Below are positions 37,096-47,305 of a stretch of 57,670 bases of DNA, one piece after another; the stretch's first letter is position 1; every line of letters begins with the position of its first letter. This DNA is from Thermoproteota archaeon (lineage in GTDB: Archaea > Asgardarchaeota > Njordarchaeia > Njordarchaeales > Panguiarchaeaceae). Under the pieces are notes generated by a model, which was not told where the DNA came from, did no database searches, and saw only the letters and a program-made list of their open reading frames with translations. The position numbers and the translations under genes were made by a program. The stretch lies in the NCBI GenBank assembly GCA_024720975.1, contig JANJXX010000007.1, forward strand, positions 448-58,117, read 5' to 3'.

Positions 37096-39993
37096 GTGAG
37101 CAGAATGTCGGCATTGAAGCTTCGTAGAGCAGTTCCAATAACCTTTGGGTTAATGCTAATACTGGCAGCATCAGCGGGGGTACTAATCTTTAATAATTGT
37201 CCAATAACTAGAACGAGGTCTAACCCATCAGGAGAATTTATAAGTTGTGATGAGCTATCAGATGCGTATTCTCTGAAGAGTAAAACAGAAGAAAGAATGC
37301 TTGATTTTGAGAAACTCAGAAGTTTCATTAAGAATTTCGTTACAGAGTATGGTGCTTTTCCTCTTGGACAAAGTGGAGATGAATTCATAAATGCCACCTA
37401 CTACGGCTATATGGCATTGTACTTGCTTGGTGAGTACGAATTCTTGAAAGATGATAAAGTTAGAAGGGCACTGGACTATTTCCATGATGAGAAGACAGGC
37501 GGCTTTCGTGAGTCATTCGGAGGGGAGCCAACTTTACAAGCTACTTTGTGGGGAATATTAATTTACAGTTCCCTGAACATTAGTTCCAAGGATTTTAATT
37601 TGTTATCATCTCTAAGGTTCGTTAATACCACCCTTTCAAACACTTCTATCGAGGAATTAGATCTAATAGATGCAGCACTTCTACTTAATATTGCATCTAG
37701 GTATCGCGAAGTAATCTCAAACGAAAACCTAACTGTGGTAGAAACCTTTCTCAGAGATCTTCCTCAATACATTCTAGACTTTTACGATGAGTCCATTGGA
37801 CTTTTTAAGGACAGTAGAGTCTCGTTAAGTCCGTTGGTGCAAACGCACCTTGTACTCGAGGCAATGGCCTGGTATAACTCGTCGACAATAGACCCCCAAC
37901 TTGCTGAAAGTATTGCATATGGAGTGCTTTATTGTAGATACAATTTAACTGATAAAAAACTTCAAGGTGGATTTGGTTATAAGGAGCCGACAGTTTTCGA
38001 AACTGGACTCTCCACGGACATATTGTTTTACATCTCGGAAAAAGTGGATTCTAATGCTCCTGTTAGAGAAATAATAAAGAATGAGACGTTTTGGTCTGAA
38101 GTCTTTGCATTCATAAACAACAGTCAGCTTAAGACGGGAGGTATAGCCAGGAATCCAGCATCAAGTAAAGTGGATGTGTTTCAGATATTTGGAGCGCTTC
38201 TAGCTTACCTCGCAAAGGATAGACTCAAAAGTTATCTTGAGTTATCAATTACAGTCAAACCATCAATTCAAATACCAATAGATTACAATGGTTCAATAAT
38301 CATTGAGATTACTGCCAAATACTTCAAGAAATACCTTCCTCTACTCGTTGGCTTTGCCATGATATATAATAGTATCACAAAAGAGACATACAACATTAGT
38401 GCAAAGCAGGAGGGGACTAAGTATTTAATAATACCAACGCAAGTAATGAACTACACTTTTGGCAATTACAATACTACGATCTACCTCTGGAAAAACGTAA
38501 GCTTGTCAGCGTTAAGTGTTAATTCATCACTATATTTTCGAATAGGCTACAATTTGAGTCTCAGCTTATCTAAAACTATCATTTGCCCGGGTGAGGATTT
38601 TAACGTAACAGTAAGTGCTAAATTTTACAATGGTACGCCTGTTAATGGAAGTACATTCATTCTTAGTTTGCTCAGGACAGTTGATGGCAGTATCTACATG
38701 CAAAAATTCTTTGAAATTAACGGTACTGACAAAGTCACCATAAGCTGTAAGTCACCCATAAATGCTAGCCTGGGGGAGTACGCAATCTCAGTTGTGGTAA
38801 ACGATACATATGGCTTCAATCATACATTTGCTAGGGAGGTAATACAAATCGATGATGATGTAATTTATGGAGAGATCGTGGGCAAGACCGATAAGTACTA
38901 TGTTGGCGGCAGAATTCTGATAGAGGTGAGGAATTTAACGTATAATTCAACAAAGGTACCAATACCAACAGATCCAACTGTATCACTAGAAGTTCGCTAC
39001 CGAGGCTCAGGTATGATCTACAGTAAGCTTAATGGTTCCATCTTCTACGATGAAAATGAAAATCAAACCATAGTGCAGATAAATGCATCTCTGTCGCCGA
39101 TAATACCTAAGGATCTTAATGTATCTTTGTATCTAATGCTAGAATGGGATAAGAGCCCAACGGGCGTTGAGACTGTAAAATTGTTTAACGCTTCACTTAT
39201 CCTCGAAGAGCTTGATATAATCAATATGACCGTCCTTCTTAATAATTCGCTGACACCAATAAGCGAGAGCAAGTTATACATAGGAGGAAGTTATGACATT
39301 CATATGCAGCTTGTGCATATCTTCAACACTTCATATGAAGTACTTATAGAGAATGCGTCGATAACAGCCTACATAAGTTACCTCAATAAAAGCTGGAGCA
39401 AATCAGACGCGAGATATAATAGTAGCTTAAAGAGTTACCAGTACACACTATATGCCGATCCAAACCTACCGGAATTACTTCATAATTTAACTATACGGGT
39501 ATACCTAGAGTTTAACTCATCATACAAAAATTTAACCAAGAGCGTATACATACTCGGTAGGCCCGAAGTAATAGACTGGTCTATGCCTAGTAAAACGCAT
39601 GTTGGAGAATACTTCTTTGCAACTTTCAGGCTTATATGCAGTGAGACGGGCGAAATTCTGAAAAATGTGAGCATGCTAGCAAATATAACATTAAAAACGG
39701 GTAGTAGGAATAGGACAGTTACTGCTCCAGTCGTGTACACGAACACAACCTATTGTTTATCGCTCTACGCAGAGTTCACATCTAATGTTGAAGGAATAAT
39801 ATATCGAAGTACAGACAACTTATCATTGTTTAACTTCTCTACGAAGTTCTTTTTGCGTGAGAAACCATTCGTTGTAGATCCCTGGATGCTTCCGATGGTG
39901 ATTATAATGGTTAGTTACGTTAGCTTCATAACATTAAGAGGAAAGTACTTACGTCGGATTCCAAAGCGTTTTATAATTGAGAGAAGGGTATAA
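37096..39993 (+). CDS. Large membrane-anchored surface glycoprotein: prenyltransferase/squalene-cyclase-like repeats plus Ig-like domains
   Basis: N-terminal TM/signal, repeats TGGF..ATLWG and GGFG..ETGLS, beta-rich C-terminal half with many N-x-S/T sequons, C-terminal TM plus basic tail. Confidence 0.7.
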   Translation: MSRMSALKLRRAVPITFGLMLILAASAGVLIFNNCPITRTRSNPSGEFISCDELSDAYSLKSKTEERMLDFEKLRSFIKNFVTEYGAFPLGQSGDEFINATYYGYMALYLLGEYEFLKDDKVRRALDYFHDEKTGGFRESFGGEPTLQATLWGILIYSSLNISSKDFNLLSSLRFVNTTLSNTSIEELDLIDAALLLNIASRYREVISNENLTVVETFLRDLPQYILDFYDESIGLFKDSRVSLSPLVQTHLVLEAMAWYNSSTIDPQLAESIAYGVLYCRYNLTDKKLQGGFGYKEPTVFETGLSTDILFYISEKVDSNAPVREIIKNETFWSEVFAFINNSQLKTGGIARNPASSKVDVFQIFGALLAYLAKDRLKSYLELSITVKPSIQIPIDYNGSIIIEITAKYFKKYLPLLVGFAMIYNSITKETYNISAKQEGTKYLIIPTQVMNYTFGNYNTTIYLWKNVSLSALSVNSSLYFRIGYNLSLSLSKTIICPGEDFNVTVSAKFYNGTPVNGSTFILSLLRTVDGSIYMQKFFEINGTDKVTISCKSPINASLGEYAISVVVNDTYGFNHTFAREVIQIDDDVIYGEIVGKTDKYYVGGRILIEVRNLTYNSTKVPIPTDPTVSLEVRYRGSGMIYSKLNGSIFYDENENQTIVQINASLSPIIPKDLNVSLYLMLEWDKSPTGVETVKLFNASLILEELDIINMTVLLNNSLTPISESKLYIGGSYDIHMQLVHIFNTSYEVLIENASITAYISYLNKSWSKSDARYNSSLKSYQYTLYADPNLPELLHNLTIRVYLEFNSSYKNLTKSVYILGRPEVIDWSMPSKTHVGEYFFATFRLICSETGEILKNVSMLANITLKTGSRNRTVTAPVVYTNTTYCLSLYAEFTSNVEGIIYRSTDNLSLFNFSTKFFLREKPFVVDPWMLPMVIIMVSYVSFITLRGKYLRRIPKRFIIERRV

Positions 39994-40218
39994 TTAACCA
40001 AACTATTTTACCCGCGATCACACATTGTGCATTTGCTTTTAACCATTCTACTGATCAGTGCGTGTTGCTAGGTCTTGGACTGCATTTTTAAATCTATAGA
40101 ACCTAAACACGTCTGCAAGTAAGACCTGAAATATTCATTCAATAGTTATCAAGACACACTTGAAGTTAATTTTTAAAGTTCAATAGTCTAAGATTAATAT
40201 CTATATTATAGTGAAAAA

Positions 40219-40291
40219 GCCCGGGTAGCGCAGAGGTATGCGCGCTCCCCTGGTAAGGGAGAGGTCGCGGGTTCGATTCCCGCCCCGGGCT
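40219..40291 (+). tRNA. tRNA-Thr(GGT)
   Basis: GCCCGGG/CCCGGGC acceptor, CTCCC-CTGGTAA-GGGAG. Confidence 0.96.
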
Positions 40292-40296
40292 CTGGC

Positions 40297-40370
40297 GGGG
40301 GGTTAGTCTAGCCAGGTAGGATGCTGGCCTGGGGCGCCAGTGGTCGTGGGTTCGAATCCCACACCCCCCA
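40297..40370 (+). tRNA. tRNA-Pro(GGG)
   Basis: GGGGGGT/ACCCCCC acceptor, CTGGC-CTGGGGC-GCCAG. Confidence 0.96.
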
Positions 40371-40447
40371 TTGAAGAGCCGTGAAGGCAGTGTTACCGTC
40401 CAAAGTGTGCCCCGCTAGGTGTTGCTAAAATTTTAGTATTCGAAGGT

Positions 40448-40531
40448 AGGCCCGTGGTGTAGTGGTCAAGCATGGGGGCCTTTGGAGCATGAGGAAAGCC
40501 CCTGACGCCGGTTCGAATCCGGCCGGGCCTA
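40448..40531 (+). tRNA. tRNA-Gln(TTG) with 11-nt intron at 37/38 (40486-40496)
   Basis: A1-U72 acceptor AGGCCCG/CGGGCCT, GGGGC-CTTTGG[intron]A-GCCCC. Confidence 0.93.
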
Positions 40532-40635
40532 CTATCATTTTTGCTCTCTATGCTGTGCTTATAGTTTCTAATCTATGCATTCTTAAGGGCTCAGTGAAAT
40601 AAATTTTCTGGTATCATCCCCATGGTGGCGTAATT

Positions 40636-41604
40636 TTGGACTACAACCTAGAGACCCGACAAATAGCAGAATTCGATGAGTCGCGGTCGGTGGATAGGCT
40701 TTTAGTATTCTACAGGAAGCATTCTGAGCCCATGAGATACTTGATCCTTCAAAAGGACACTAGTGGAGGGAATGTACTACCATTGGGTGACGTCAACGTT
40801 CTCTTTGAATTGAATAAACTGTCAAAAGTAGAGTTTTCTAAATATACAAACAGAAGTGCCTTATTAACTAAGACCTTTGGCCAATTTGAGGATAAAAAGC
40901 TTTTAATGATGTGTCTGGTAGATTTCAAAAGGAAGTTTAAGATTAAAGCTAACGATAGTGATGATAATGATTGTGTCTTATTAGTTGAGTTCGTAAGAAA
41001 TTTGTATGCCATATGTGAAGATACTTTTGTTATTGTGCCTATTAGGGGCAATCTGTGGGGTTTGGGCATCATAGCCAGTATTAGCCCAGAAGTTGCAAGT
41101 AAGATATTGAGTGCGATCCTAATAGTGTCCTCTAATCTTAGGCATCTGGAGATAAAATTTCTATCTGTTGCGCTTTTTAGGAAGACTGTTGCAATGATAT
41201 TGAATAAATTTAGGCTTCCCAAAATGCTTCCAAGAAGAATTATCAATTTACAGGCATTAATTAAAACGCTGCTTAAAGATATAGATCGAGGAATAAAGTT
41301 TCAGCAAAAGCCTGGATTTGCCCCTCTAGAAATGAAGGAATTATCTATTGATCCTGTCGAAAAGATTAAATTTTTTGGTGAAAATGAGGAAAGAGAGGGA
41401 ATAGAAATAGCAAGTTTTTTGCGCTTAGGTATATCAAACGGTCTGCTGAAGATTAATGACCTACTGTATAATTTGCAGGTATTAATTCCAAAAGAGGCCT
41501 TAAAGGTTTTTAAATGTGAACTATCTGAAGTTTATCCAGTTGGGTGTTCGCCTTTAGCATCTAAAAATAGAAGCTTAAAGCACGCGATGTATATCTTGTC
41601 ATGA
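40636..41604 (+). CDS. Hypothetical protein
   Basis: 322-aa ORF, TTG start with GGTGG upstream. No motif recognised. Confidence 0.6.
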   Translation: MDYNLETRQIAEFDESRSVDRLLVFYRKHSEPMRYLILQKDTSGGNVLPLGDVNVLFELNKLSKVEFSKYTNRSALLTKTFGQFEDKKLLMMCLVDFKRKFKIKANDSDDNDCVLLVEFVRNLYAICEDTFVIVPIRGNLWGLGIIASISPEVASKILSAILIVSSNLRHLEIKFLSVALFRKTVAMILNKFRLPKMLPRRIINLQALIKTLLKDIDRGIKFQQKPGFAPLEMKELSIDPVEKIKFFGENEEREGIEIASFLRLGISNGLLKINDLLYNLQVLIPKEALKVFKCELSEVYPVGCSPLASKNRSLKHAMYILS

Positions 41605-41765
41605 TCAAATTCTCATTCGTATTCGCTCTGTGGAAGTATTTCCGCATGCTGCGATTCACTTGCAATTAATTAATTCTTCACCCAAGAAAGCATGCTGCCA
41701 AAATAGTAGCCTCGGGAAAAAATAAAGTTTATTGATAGTAGATTAGATCAGTGTGATAAGTTTGT

Positions 41766-42974
41766 CTATTTAGCAATTTCCTTCATGAACCTTTCTATTC
41801 GATCAAGTGCTTCATTAAGTATGTGCTCAGGCGGTAAGAAGACTACTCTAAAATGTTGTTTTCCAAAGCTTCCAAAACCGCTTCCTGGTGGTACTACAAT
41901 GCCTGTGTTCCAGAGTAGTTTCTTACAAAATTCGTTGTCATCAATGTTTAAGTTTATTTTTGGAAATATGTAGAAAGCTCCTTTTGGCTTCCTTGCTTCT
42001 ATTTCATCAATTTCATTAAATCTTCTATACACCAGATCACGACGCCTCTCAAGTTTGTCAACGACAATTTTGATATTATCTTGGGGTCCTAAAAGAGCTG
42101 CTTTTGCTGCGTATTGTGCGGGAGTATTAGCTGATAATCTTGTCATTAAAAATCTAGTGAAAACAGCCCAAAGATCGTCAAGTAGGTTATTTGGATCATA
42201 TTTGTACATATATCCAACGCGCCACCCCGTCGCTAAATAGGCCTTCGATAATGAGTATATTGTTATCACTGGTACGTCTTTCGCAAGGGATGCCGTATTT
42301 GGCGCTTTTCTTTGTCCATCAAAGACTATTAAATCATATATCTCATCGCTAATGACATATAAGTTGTATTCGCCTGCAAGGTCAATTATATTTCGTATAA
42401 TTTTCGGAGTATAAACTGCACCAGTTGGATTATTTGGATTTATTACAAGTATAGCTTTTGTTTTGGAATCTATCAATCTTCTCATATGGTCGATATCCGG
42501 TATCCAATCTTCATTTTCTAAGCACATATACTCAGCGGCTTCGACACCAAAGAAGCGTGCTGCAGTTATATATGGTGGATAGGTCGGTGAGGGAACTAGT
42601 AGCTTATCCCCTGGCTCAAATGCCGCGGCTAATATCACGTTTACAGCCTCTGCGGCGCCTTGAGTAATTAGAACATCATCGGGAGAGAGACTCAAGCCGT
42701 TTTTTCTTCTTTCATATTCAACTACAGCTTCTCTTAATTCATATTCGCCTCTAGAATCGCTATAGTAATGCTTTCCGCTCCTTAAAGCTTCTATATATGC
42801 ATCAACGATGTGTTGAGGTGGAGAAAAATCATATTTGCATGGATCGCCTATATTGAGACTGATTGTTTTCTCTCCCCTTGTTTTTTCATACTTTTCGGCC
42901 TCTAGTGTGATTTCCCTAATAACATATCGTATTTCACTCGCGCGTGCTGGTGGCTTAAATTTGTTTGACAACAT
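41766..42974 (-). CDS. PLP-dependent aminotransferase class I/II (AlaA-like)
   Basis: LNIGDP, INPNNPTGAVY, SDEIYD, SLSKAYLATGWRVG. Confidence 0.9.
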   Translation of the reverse strand: MLSNKFKPPARASEIRYVIREITLEAEKYEKTRGEKTISLNIGDPCKYDFSPPQHIVDAYIEALRSGKHYYSDSRGEYELREAVVEYERRKNGLSLSPDDVLITQGAAEAVNVILAAAFEPGDKLLVPSPTYPPYITAARFFGVEAAEYMCLENEDWIPDIDHMRRLIDSKTKAILVINPNNPTGAVYTPKIIRNIIDLAGEYNLYVISDEIYDLIVFDGQRKAPNTASLAKDVPVITIYSLSKAYLATGWRVGYMYKYDPNNLLDDLWAVFTRFLMTRLSANTPAQYAAKAALLGPQDNIKIVVDKLERRRDLVYRRFNEIDEIEARKPKGAFYIFPKINLNIDDNEFCKKLLWNTGIVVPPGSGFGSFGKQHFRVVFLPPEHILNEALDRIERFMKEIAK

Positions 42975-43026
42975 CTATCACCAATCGCATTTAGCGAAAT
43001 AAACATGGATATTTTCATATGTTTAT

Positions 43027-43914
43027 TTATCTCTTGATACATACAGCTAGGATACTCTGAGAGAAGGGATCATATCTGATAATGCTAAAACCCGAATTTC
43101 TAAGCAGATTTGAAATACTTCGAATATGATGATAATGTTTTCCCTTTTTTCGCTTGGGTTCTCCTACATAGTGAAGAAGTCTTCCTGCTCGTTTCATCAC
43201 TCGATGGAGCTCTTTATAAAAATCTTCTGTATATAGCTCTGGTGAAAGAGCTATGCGTGGAGGGTCATGAACTACAAAGTCAAATTCATTATCTGGTAAA
43301 TGTTGAAGAACCTCTGAAGCATCTCCCAATATTAATTCTACACCCTCTAAATGGCGACTCCAAGGATTCCAAGAAGCTAATTCAAGGACCTCTTTACTTT
43401 TCTCGATAGTTACTACCTTACATTGAGACCTTAACAGCCAGTATGTAGTATATCCCAAGCCAGTGCATACTTCCAAAACAGAACTTCTAGGATTGGGATT
43501 TAAGGCTTGAATTTTCGACTTTGCATCAACATACAATGGATCTACAACGACTCGGTGCATATGAATTCCGGAAATTTCTATCGTGGGTGTTATGCAATTC
43601 TCAAAGAGCGTGAGTTGGTAATACTTGCCATTCGAACCTGCAATAGAAAGAGGAATAAGTTCGCTTTGACTTAATGCGTATACACGCCGTGGATTTTTGC
43701 ATGCCTGCTTAATTTCGCTTTTTGGTATTTCTACGTATCTTTCACCAGTTTGGAATATAACGGCATCTCTAGTCACATTCACGCGAGTAAATTTAACTCT
43801 AGCACCTAAGGAACTGTCTAACGTTATGACTTGAGGTGGCAAGGAGAGTAGATTAATTAGAACCCGACCCGCAAAAACAGGAGCCCCTTTGTATATGAAC
43901 TTGAACTTATTCAC
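43027..43914 (-). CDS. Archaeal SAM-dependent methyltransferase (COG2521-like)
   Basis: PTIEISGIHMH, VLEVCTGLGYT, NPWS, HDPPR, HYVGEP. Confidence 0.82.
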   Translation of the reverse strand: MNKFKFIYKGAPVFAGRVLINLLSLPPQVITLDSSLGARVKFTRVNVTRDAVIFQTGERYVEIPKSEIKQACKNPRRVYALSQSELIPLSIAGSNGKYYQLTLFENCITPTIEISGIHMHRVVVDPLYVDAKSKIQALNPNPRSSVLEVCTGLGYTTYWLLRSQCKVVTIEKSKEVLELASWNPWSRHLEGVELILGDASEVLQHLPDNEFDFVVHDPPRIALSPELYTEDFYKELHRVMKRAGRLLHYVGEPKRKKGKHYHHIRSISNLLRNSGFSIIRYDPFSQSILAVCIKR

Positions 43915-44021
43915 TCCTCCTCAGCTTTCATTTTCTCCTTGAAATAATGGCTTAGCACGATGAACAAAGCACCTAGTACAGCCAATATCTCCAGCATAAA
44001 TTCAATTGTTTCCCAACTCAA
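43911..44021 (-). CDS. 36-aa single-TM microprotein (OST4-like pattern)
   Basis: GGTGA RBS, TTG start, MSWETIEFMLEILAVLGALFIVLSHYFKEKMKAEEE*. Stop overlaps the next gene's GTG (GTGA). Confidence 0.7.
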   Translation of the reverse strand: MSWETIEFMLEILAVLGALFIVLSHYFKEKMKAEEE

Positions 44022-44119
44022 TTAGCTCACCAACTATACTTGTTATGTGCTACTCGTAGAGCAAAATTATTCACTATTAAGTGTTTTCAAAAAAACACAT
44101 TTAAGGCTAGGTGGTTAGC

Positions 44120-45937
44120 ATGGAACTTAGATCACCAATAATTGTAGTACTAGGGCACGTAGATCACGGAAAAACTTCCCTACTAGACTGGATTCGTAAA
44201 ACTAGCGTGCAAGCGAAAGAGGTTCATGGAAAAACTCAACACATTGGAGCGTCATTTGTCCCGACGGATACAATCTTTGAAATAGCCAAGCCTGCGATTG
44301 AGCAGGGCATAATAAAAATCAGAAGAGAAGAAATAGACATTCCGGGGCTGCTATTTATCGATACGCCGGGTCATGAAGTTTTCGTTAACCTGCGTAGTAG
44401 AGGTGCTTCTCTAGCAGACCTTGCAATATTAGTTGTTGATGTGCGTGCGGGATTTCAGGCGCAAACTTTTGAGTCTCTTGAATTGCTAAAGAGATACAAA
44501 GTACCCTTTATTATTGCTGCTAATAAGATCGATCGTCTTCCGGGCTGGAAGACACAACCTGAGACACCGTTTGTAATATCAATTAAAAAACAAACCTTGA
44601 CAGCGATAAATAATCTAGAATTCGCTTTAGATGAGATGATTAAAGATTTATACAAACATGGATTTAATTCTGATCGATATGATCGCATAAAGGATTTCAG
44701 AACAACAGTTGCAATAGTGCCTGTATGCGCCATTAATGGTGAGGGCATAGCAGATCTATTACTACTGCTGGCTGGTCTGGCTGGAAAGTTTTTAAGAGAT
44801 AGACTAAAGCTACGACTGGGAGAACCCCGTGGAAATGTGCTAGAGGTTAGAAAAATTCCGGGAGCTGGAACCGTAATAGATGTTATCCTCGTTGATGGTA
44901 AAATCCGTGCTGGTGATTGGTTAATAGTTGGAGGAAAAAATGGTGTGATCAGGACCACAATACGCTCATTGTTCATTCCAAAACCTCTTGATGAAATAAG
45001 GGATCCCCGTGATAGATTTGATGTCGTTGATGAAATTACGGCGGCTGCTGGAGTAAGAGTTATTGCACCAAACTTAGATGATGCCCTAGCGGGTTCTCCG
45101 CTTCGTGTGGTTTCGGCAGATGACCCGGCCTTAGAAGAGAAAATCAAGTCGTACGAGAAGGAAATCCAGGAAGACATATCCCAAGTATTGTTCAAGACGA
45201 ATAAAGTTGGAGTAGTTGTGTTTAGTGATACTCTAGGAACTCTAGAGACAATAGTGGTAAAACTTAAGGATTACGAAATTCCCATTTCAAGAACGTACAT
45301 AGGTTCCGTTGATAAAGAGGGAGTTCTACATGCTCTTGCTGTAAGAGAAATTGATCCCAAATGGGCGATAGTAATTGCTTTTAATGTTGATGTATTGGAA
45401 GAAGCCCGGCAGCTATTGGAAAAAGAGAAGATACCACTTATAGAGGACAATTTAATATTCAGGCTCTTCGAAAAAATTAACGCGTATGTTGATGAGTATG
45501 ATAGAGCGCAGCGGGAAAAGATACTTAAGGAGTTAATTTTACCGGCTAAGATAGAAGTCCTGTCAGGATTTATATTCAGACGCTCCAAGCCGGCGATTGT
45601 CGGTGTTAGAGTGCTATCAGGAGTGATACGTCCAAATCTACAGATAATAAATGCTGATGGTAAAGTGCTTGGTCATATTAAATCAATACAGTCAGAGGGG
45701 AAATCCTTAGAAGAAGCCACCGCTGGAATGGAAGTAGCGATATCTATCACAGACGCTGTTGTGGGAAGAGACTTTGATGCTGGGGATGTGCTCTATGTTG
45801 ATTTACCTGAGGAAGTCGCCAGGAAGATAAATAGGGATCAAAACCTAAAGAAGATGCTTCCCCCTGGCGTCTTAGAAACCTTCCGAGAATTGCTAGAAAT
45901 AAAGCGAAAAGTTTATGGCTTTAGCTGGGGATTGTAG
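44120..45937 (+). CDS. infB: Translation initiation factor aIF5B (IF-2)
   Basis: LRSPIIVVLGHVDHGKT, TQHIGA, IDTPGHE, NKID, FRRSKPAIVGV. Confidence 0.97.
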   Translation: MELRSPIIVVLGHVDHGKTSLLDWIRKTSVQAKEVHGKTQHIGASFVPTDTIFEIAKPAIEQGIIKIRREEIDIPGLLFIDTPGHEVFVNLRSRGASLADLAILVVDVRAGFQAQTFESLELLKRYKVPFIIAANKIDRLPGWKTQPETPFVISIKKQTLTAINNLEFALDEMIKDLYKHGFNSDRYDRIKDFRTTVAIVPVCAINGEGIADLLLLLAGLAGKFLRDRLKLRLGEPRGNVLEVRKIPGAGTVIDVILVDGKIRAGDWLIVGGKNGVIRTTIRSLFIPKPLDEIRDPRDRFDVVDEITAAAGVRVIAPNLDDALAGSPLRVVSADDPALEEKIKSYEKEIQEDISQVLFKTNKVGVVVFSDTLGTLETIVVKLKDYEIPISRTYIGSVDKEGVLHALAVREIDPKWAIVIAFNVDVLEEARQLLEKEKIPLIEDNLIFRLFEKINAYVDEYDRAQREKILKELILPAKIEVLSGFIFRRSKPAIVGVRVLSGVIRPNLQIINADGKVLGHIKSIQSEGKSLEEATAGMEVAISITDAVVGRDFDAGDVLYVDLPEEVARKINRDQNLKKMLPPGVLETFRELLEIKRKVYGFSWGL

Positions 45938-46040
45938 TTAAAAACTTGACTATTTTTATTCAATTAACAGGTCTATAATCTCTGACGTTATTTCCTCCTC
46001 TGCTTACCAATCTTATCATTATAACTGGCTGGTGATTTAA

Positions 46041-46310
46041 ATGAGTAGTGAACAAGAAATACTTGAACGCGCACTCGAAATATTGAAGTCAATAGCTAAC
46101 AATCCCAACATTCCAAGAAACATTCGGCGCATAGCCAGAGAGGCTTTCACAGAGTTGAAGCAAGAGGGATTAATCATCGCGCTACGGGCGGCCAATGCTA
46201 TTGAAAAAATTACAAGTGTGCTCGATGAACCCCAAATTCCATTGTTTGCAAGAACGTCAATGCTTCAAGTAATCGAACTCCTTGATAAACTTACTAAGAC
46301 CGGGGAGTGA
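46041..46310 (+). CDS. UPF0147 family protein
   Basis: IPRNIRR.A, RAANAI, P.IP.FART. Confidence 0.85.
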   Translation: MSSEQEILERALEILKSIANNPNIPRNIRRIAREAFTELKQEGLIIALRAANAIEKITSVLDEPQIPLFARTSMLQVIELLDKLTKTGE

Positions 46311-46311
46311 T

Positions 46312-46605
46312 ATGAGTTTTGCAATAAAGAAGATAAAAGAATTCAGTAACCCCCTGCTCCGACGCAAGGAATACTTATTCGCGATAATTCATGATGGAGA
46401 ACCGACACCGTCGAGAGTGCGAATAAGAGAAGAGCTATCGAAGCTTCTGGGAATTTCCAGGGATCTAATTGTTGTAAGAAAGCTTAAAACGGAATTTGGT
46501 ACAAATACATCATACGCAACAGTTCATATATATGAAAGCAAAGATGATTTGCTATCGATCGAGCCCAAACATATACTTAAGAGAGATGAGATAATTAGCG
46601 AGTAA
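46312..46605 (+). CDS. rps24e: 30S ribosomal protein S24e
   Basis: [28 protein letters not shown]. Confidence 0.95.
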   Translation: MSFAIKKIKEFSNPLLRRKEYLFAIIHDGEPTPSRVRIREELSKLLGISRDLIVVRKLKTEFGTNTSYATVHIYESKDDLLSIEPKHILKRDEIISE

Positions 46606-46631
46606 TAAAATTCCGGCTGATTTGCAATAGG

Positions 46632-46832
46632 GTGACTAGGTTGTCTAAGGCAGCCAAGAAAAAAGCAGACAGGAAAGACCTCAAAAGGCCCATATATAAG
46701 TATTATAAATTAGAGGGGGATAAAATCAAGAGGTTAAGAAAATTCTGTCCAGTGTGTGGACCAGGGGTATTTCTAGCAGAGCATAAAGATCGCCTAAGTT
46801 GCGGTCGTTGTGGTTACACTGTCAAAAAGTAG
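46632..46832 (+). CDS. rps27ae: 30S ribosomal protein S27ae
   Basis: YY...[34 protein letters not shown]. Confidence 0.97.
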   Translation: MTRLSKAAKKKADRKDLKRPIYKYYKLEGDKIKRLRKFCPVCGPGVFLAEHKDRLSCGRCGYTVKK

Positions 46833-46855
46833 TACAATGTGAAGGTGGGGATCAT

Positions 46856-47299
46856 ATGAAAATTAGATATAAGAAGAAGCAGAGAAAGTCACATAAAAAG
46901 TATGGTGAAAAATATAGAGGCTATGGCCAGGTTGGTAGACATAGACACCACCCCGGTGGCAGAGGCATGGCAGGAGTAAAAGACCACATGAAGCTAATGC
47001 TAATGAAGCAAGGATATGAACTAGGTAAATATGGATTCACTCGCCATGGGACAAAACTTAGTTACGAGACAGTAAACATAGGTGAAATACTCGAAAAAGC
47101 TCTCGACGGTAAAATACGGTACTACGTCGAAGGCGATAAATTAGTCATTGACCTGTCAAGTAAACGATACCTTAAAGTTCTTGGGCGTGGTCGTGTCGAG
47201 AAACCGATAAAATTGGTTATTCATGAATCATCAGTGATTAGTGAAAAAGCGAAGGCTAAAGTAGAATCTATGGGCGGAGAAGTGATAGTAGCAAAATAG
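46856..47299 (+). CDS. rpl15: 50S ribosomal protein uL15
   Basis: GRHRHHPGGRGMAG, GKYGF, KVLGRG, SEKAKAKVESMGG. Confidence 0.93.
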   Translation: MKIRYKKKQRKSHKKYGEKYRGYGQVGRHRHHPGGRGMAGVKDHMKLMLMKQGYELGKYGFTRHGTKLSYETVNIGEILEKALDGKIRYYVEGDKLVIDLSSKRYLKVLGRGRVEKPIKLVIHESSVISEKAKAKVESMGGEVIVAK

Positions 47300-47305
47300 G
47301 AGTCT

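Noticed and set aside
44455-45195. Long antisense ORFs (also 35126-35590, 54667-55266, 40749-41246 and others)
   Set aside because: They are shadows of well-supported genes on the opposite strand, with Ser/Ile-rich non-protein-like composition.
46632-46832. Ubiquitin-S27a fusion
   Set aside because: Only a short basic N-terminus precedes the zinc-finger domain.
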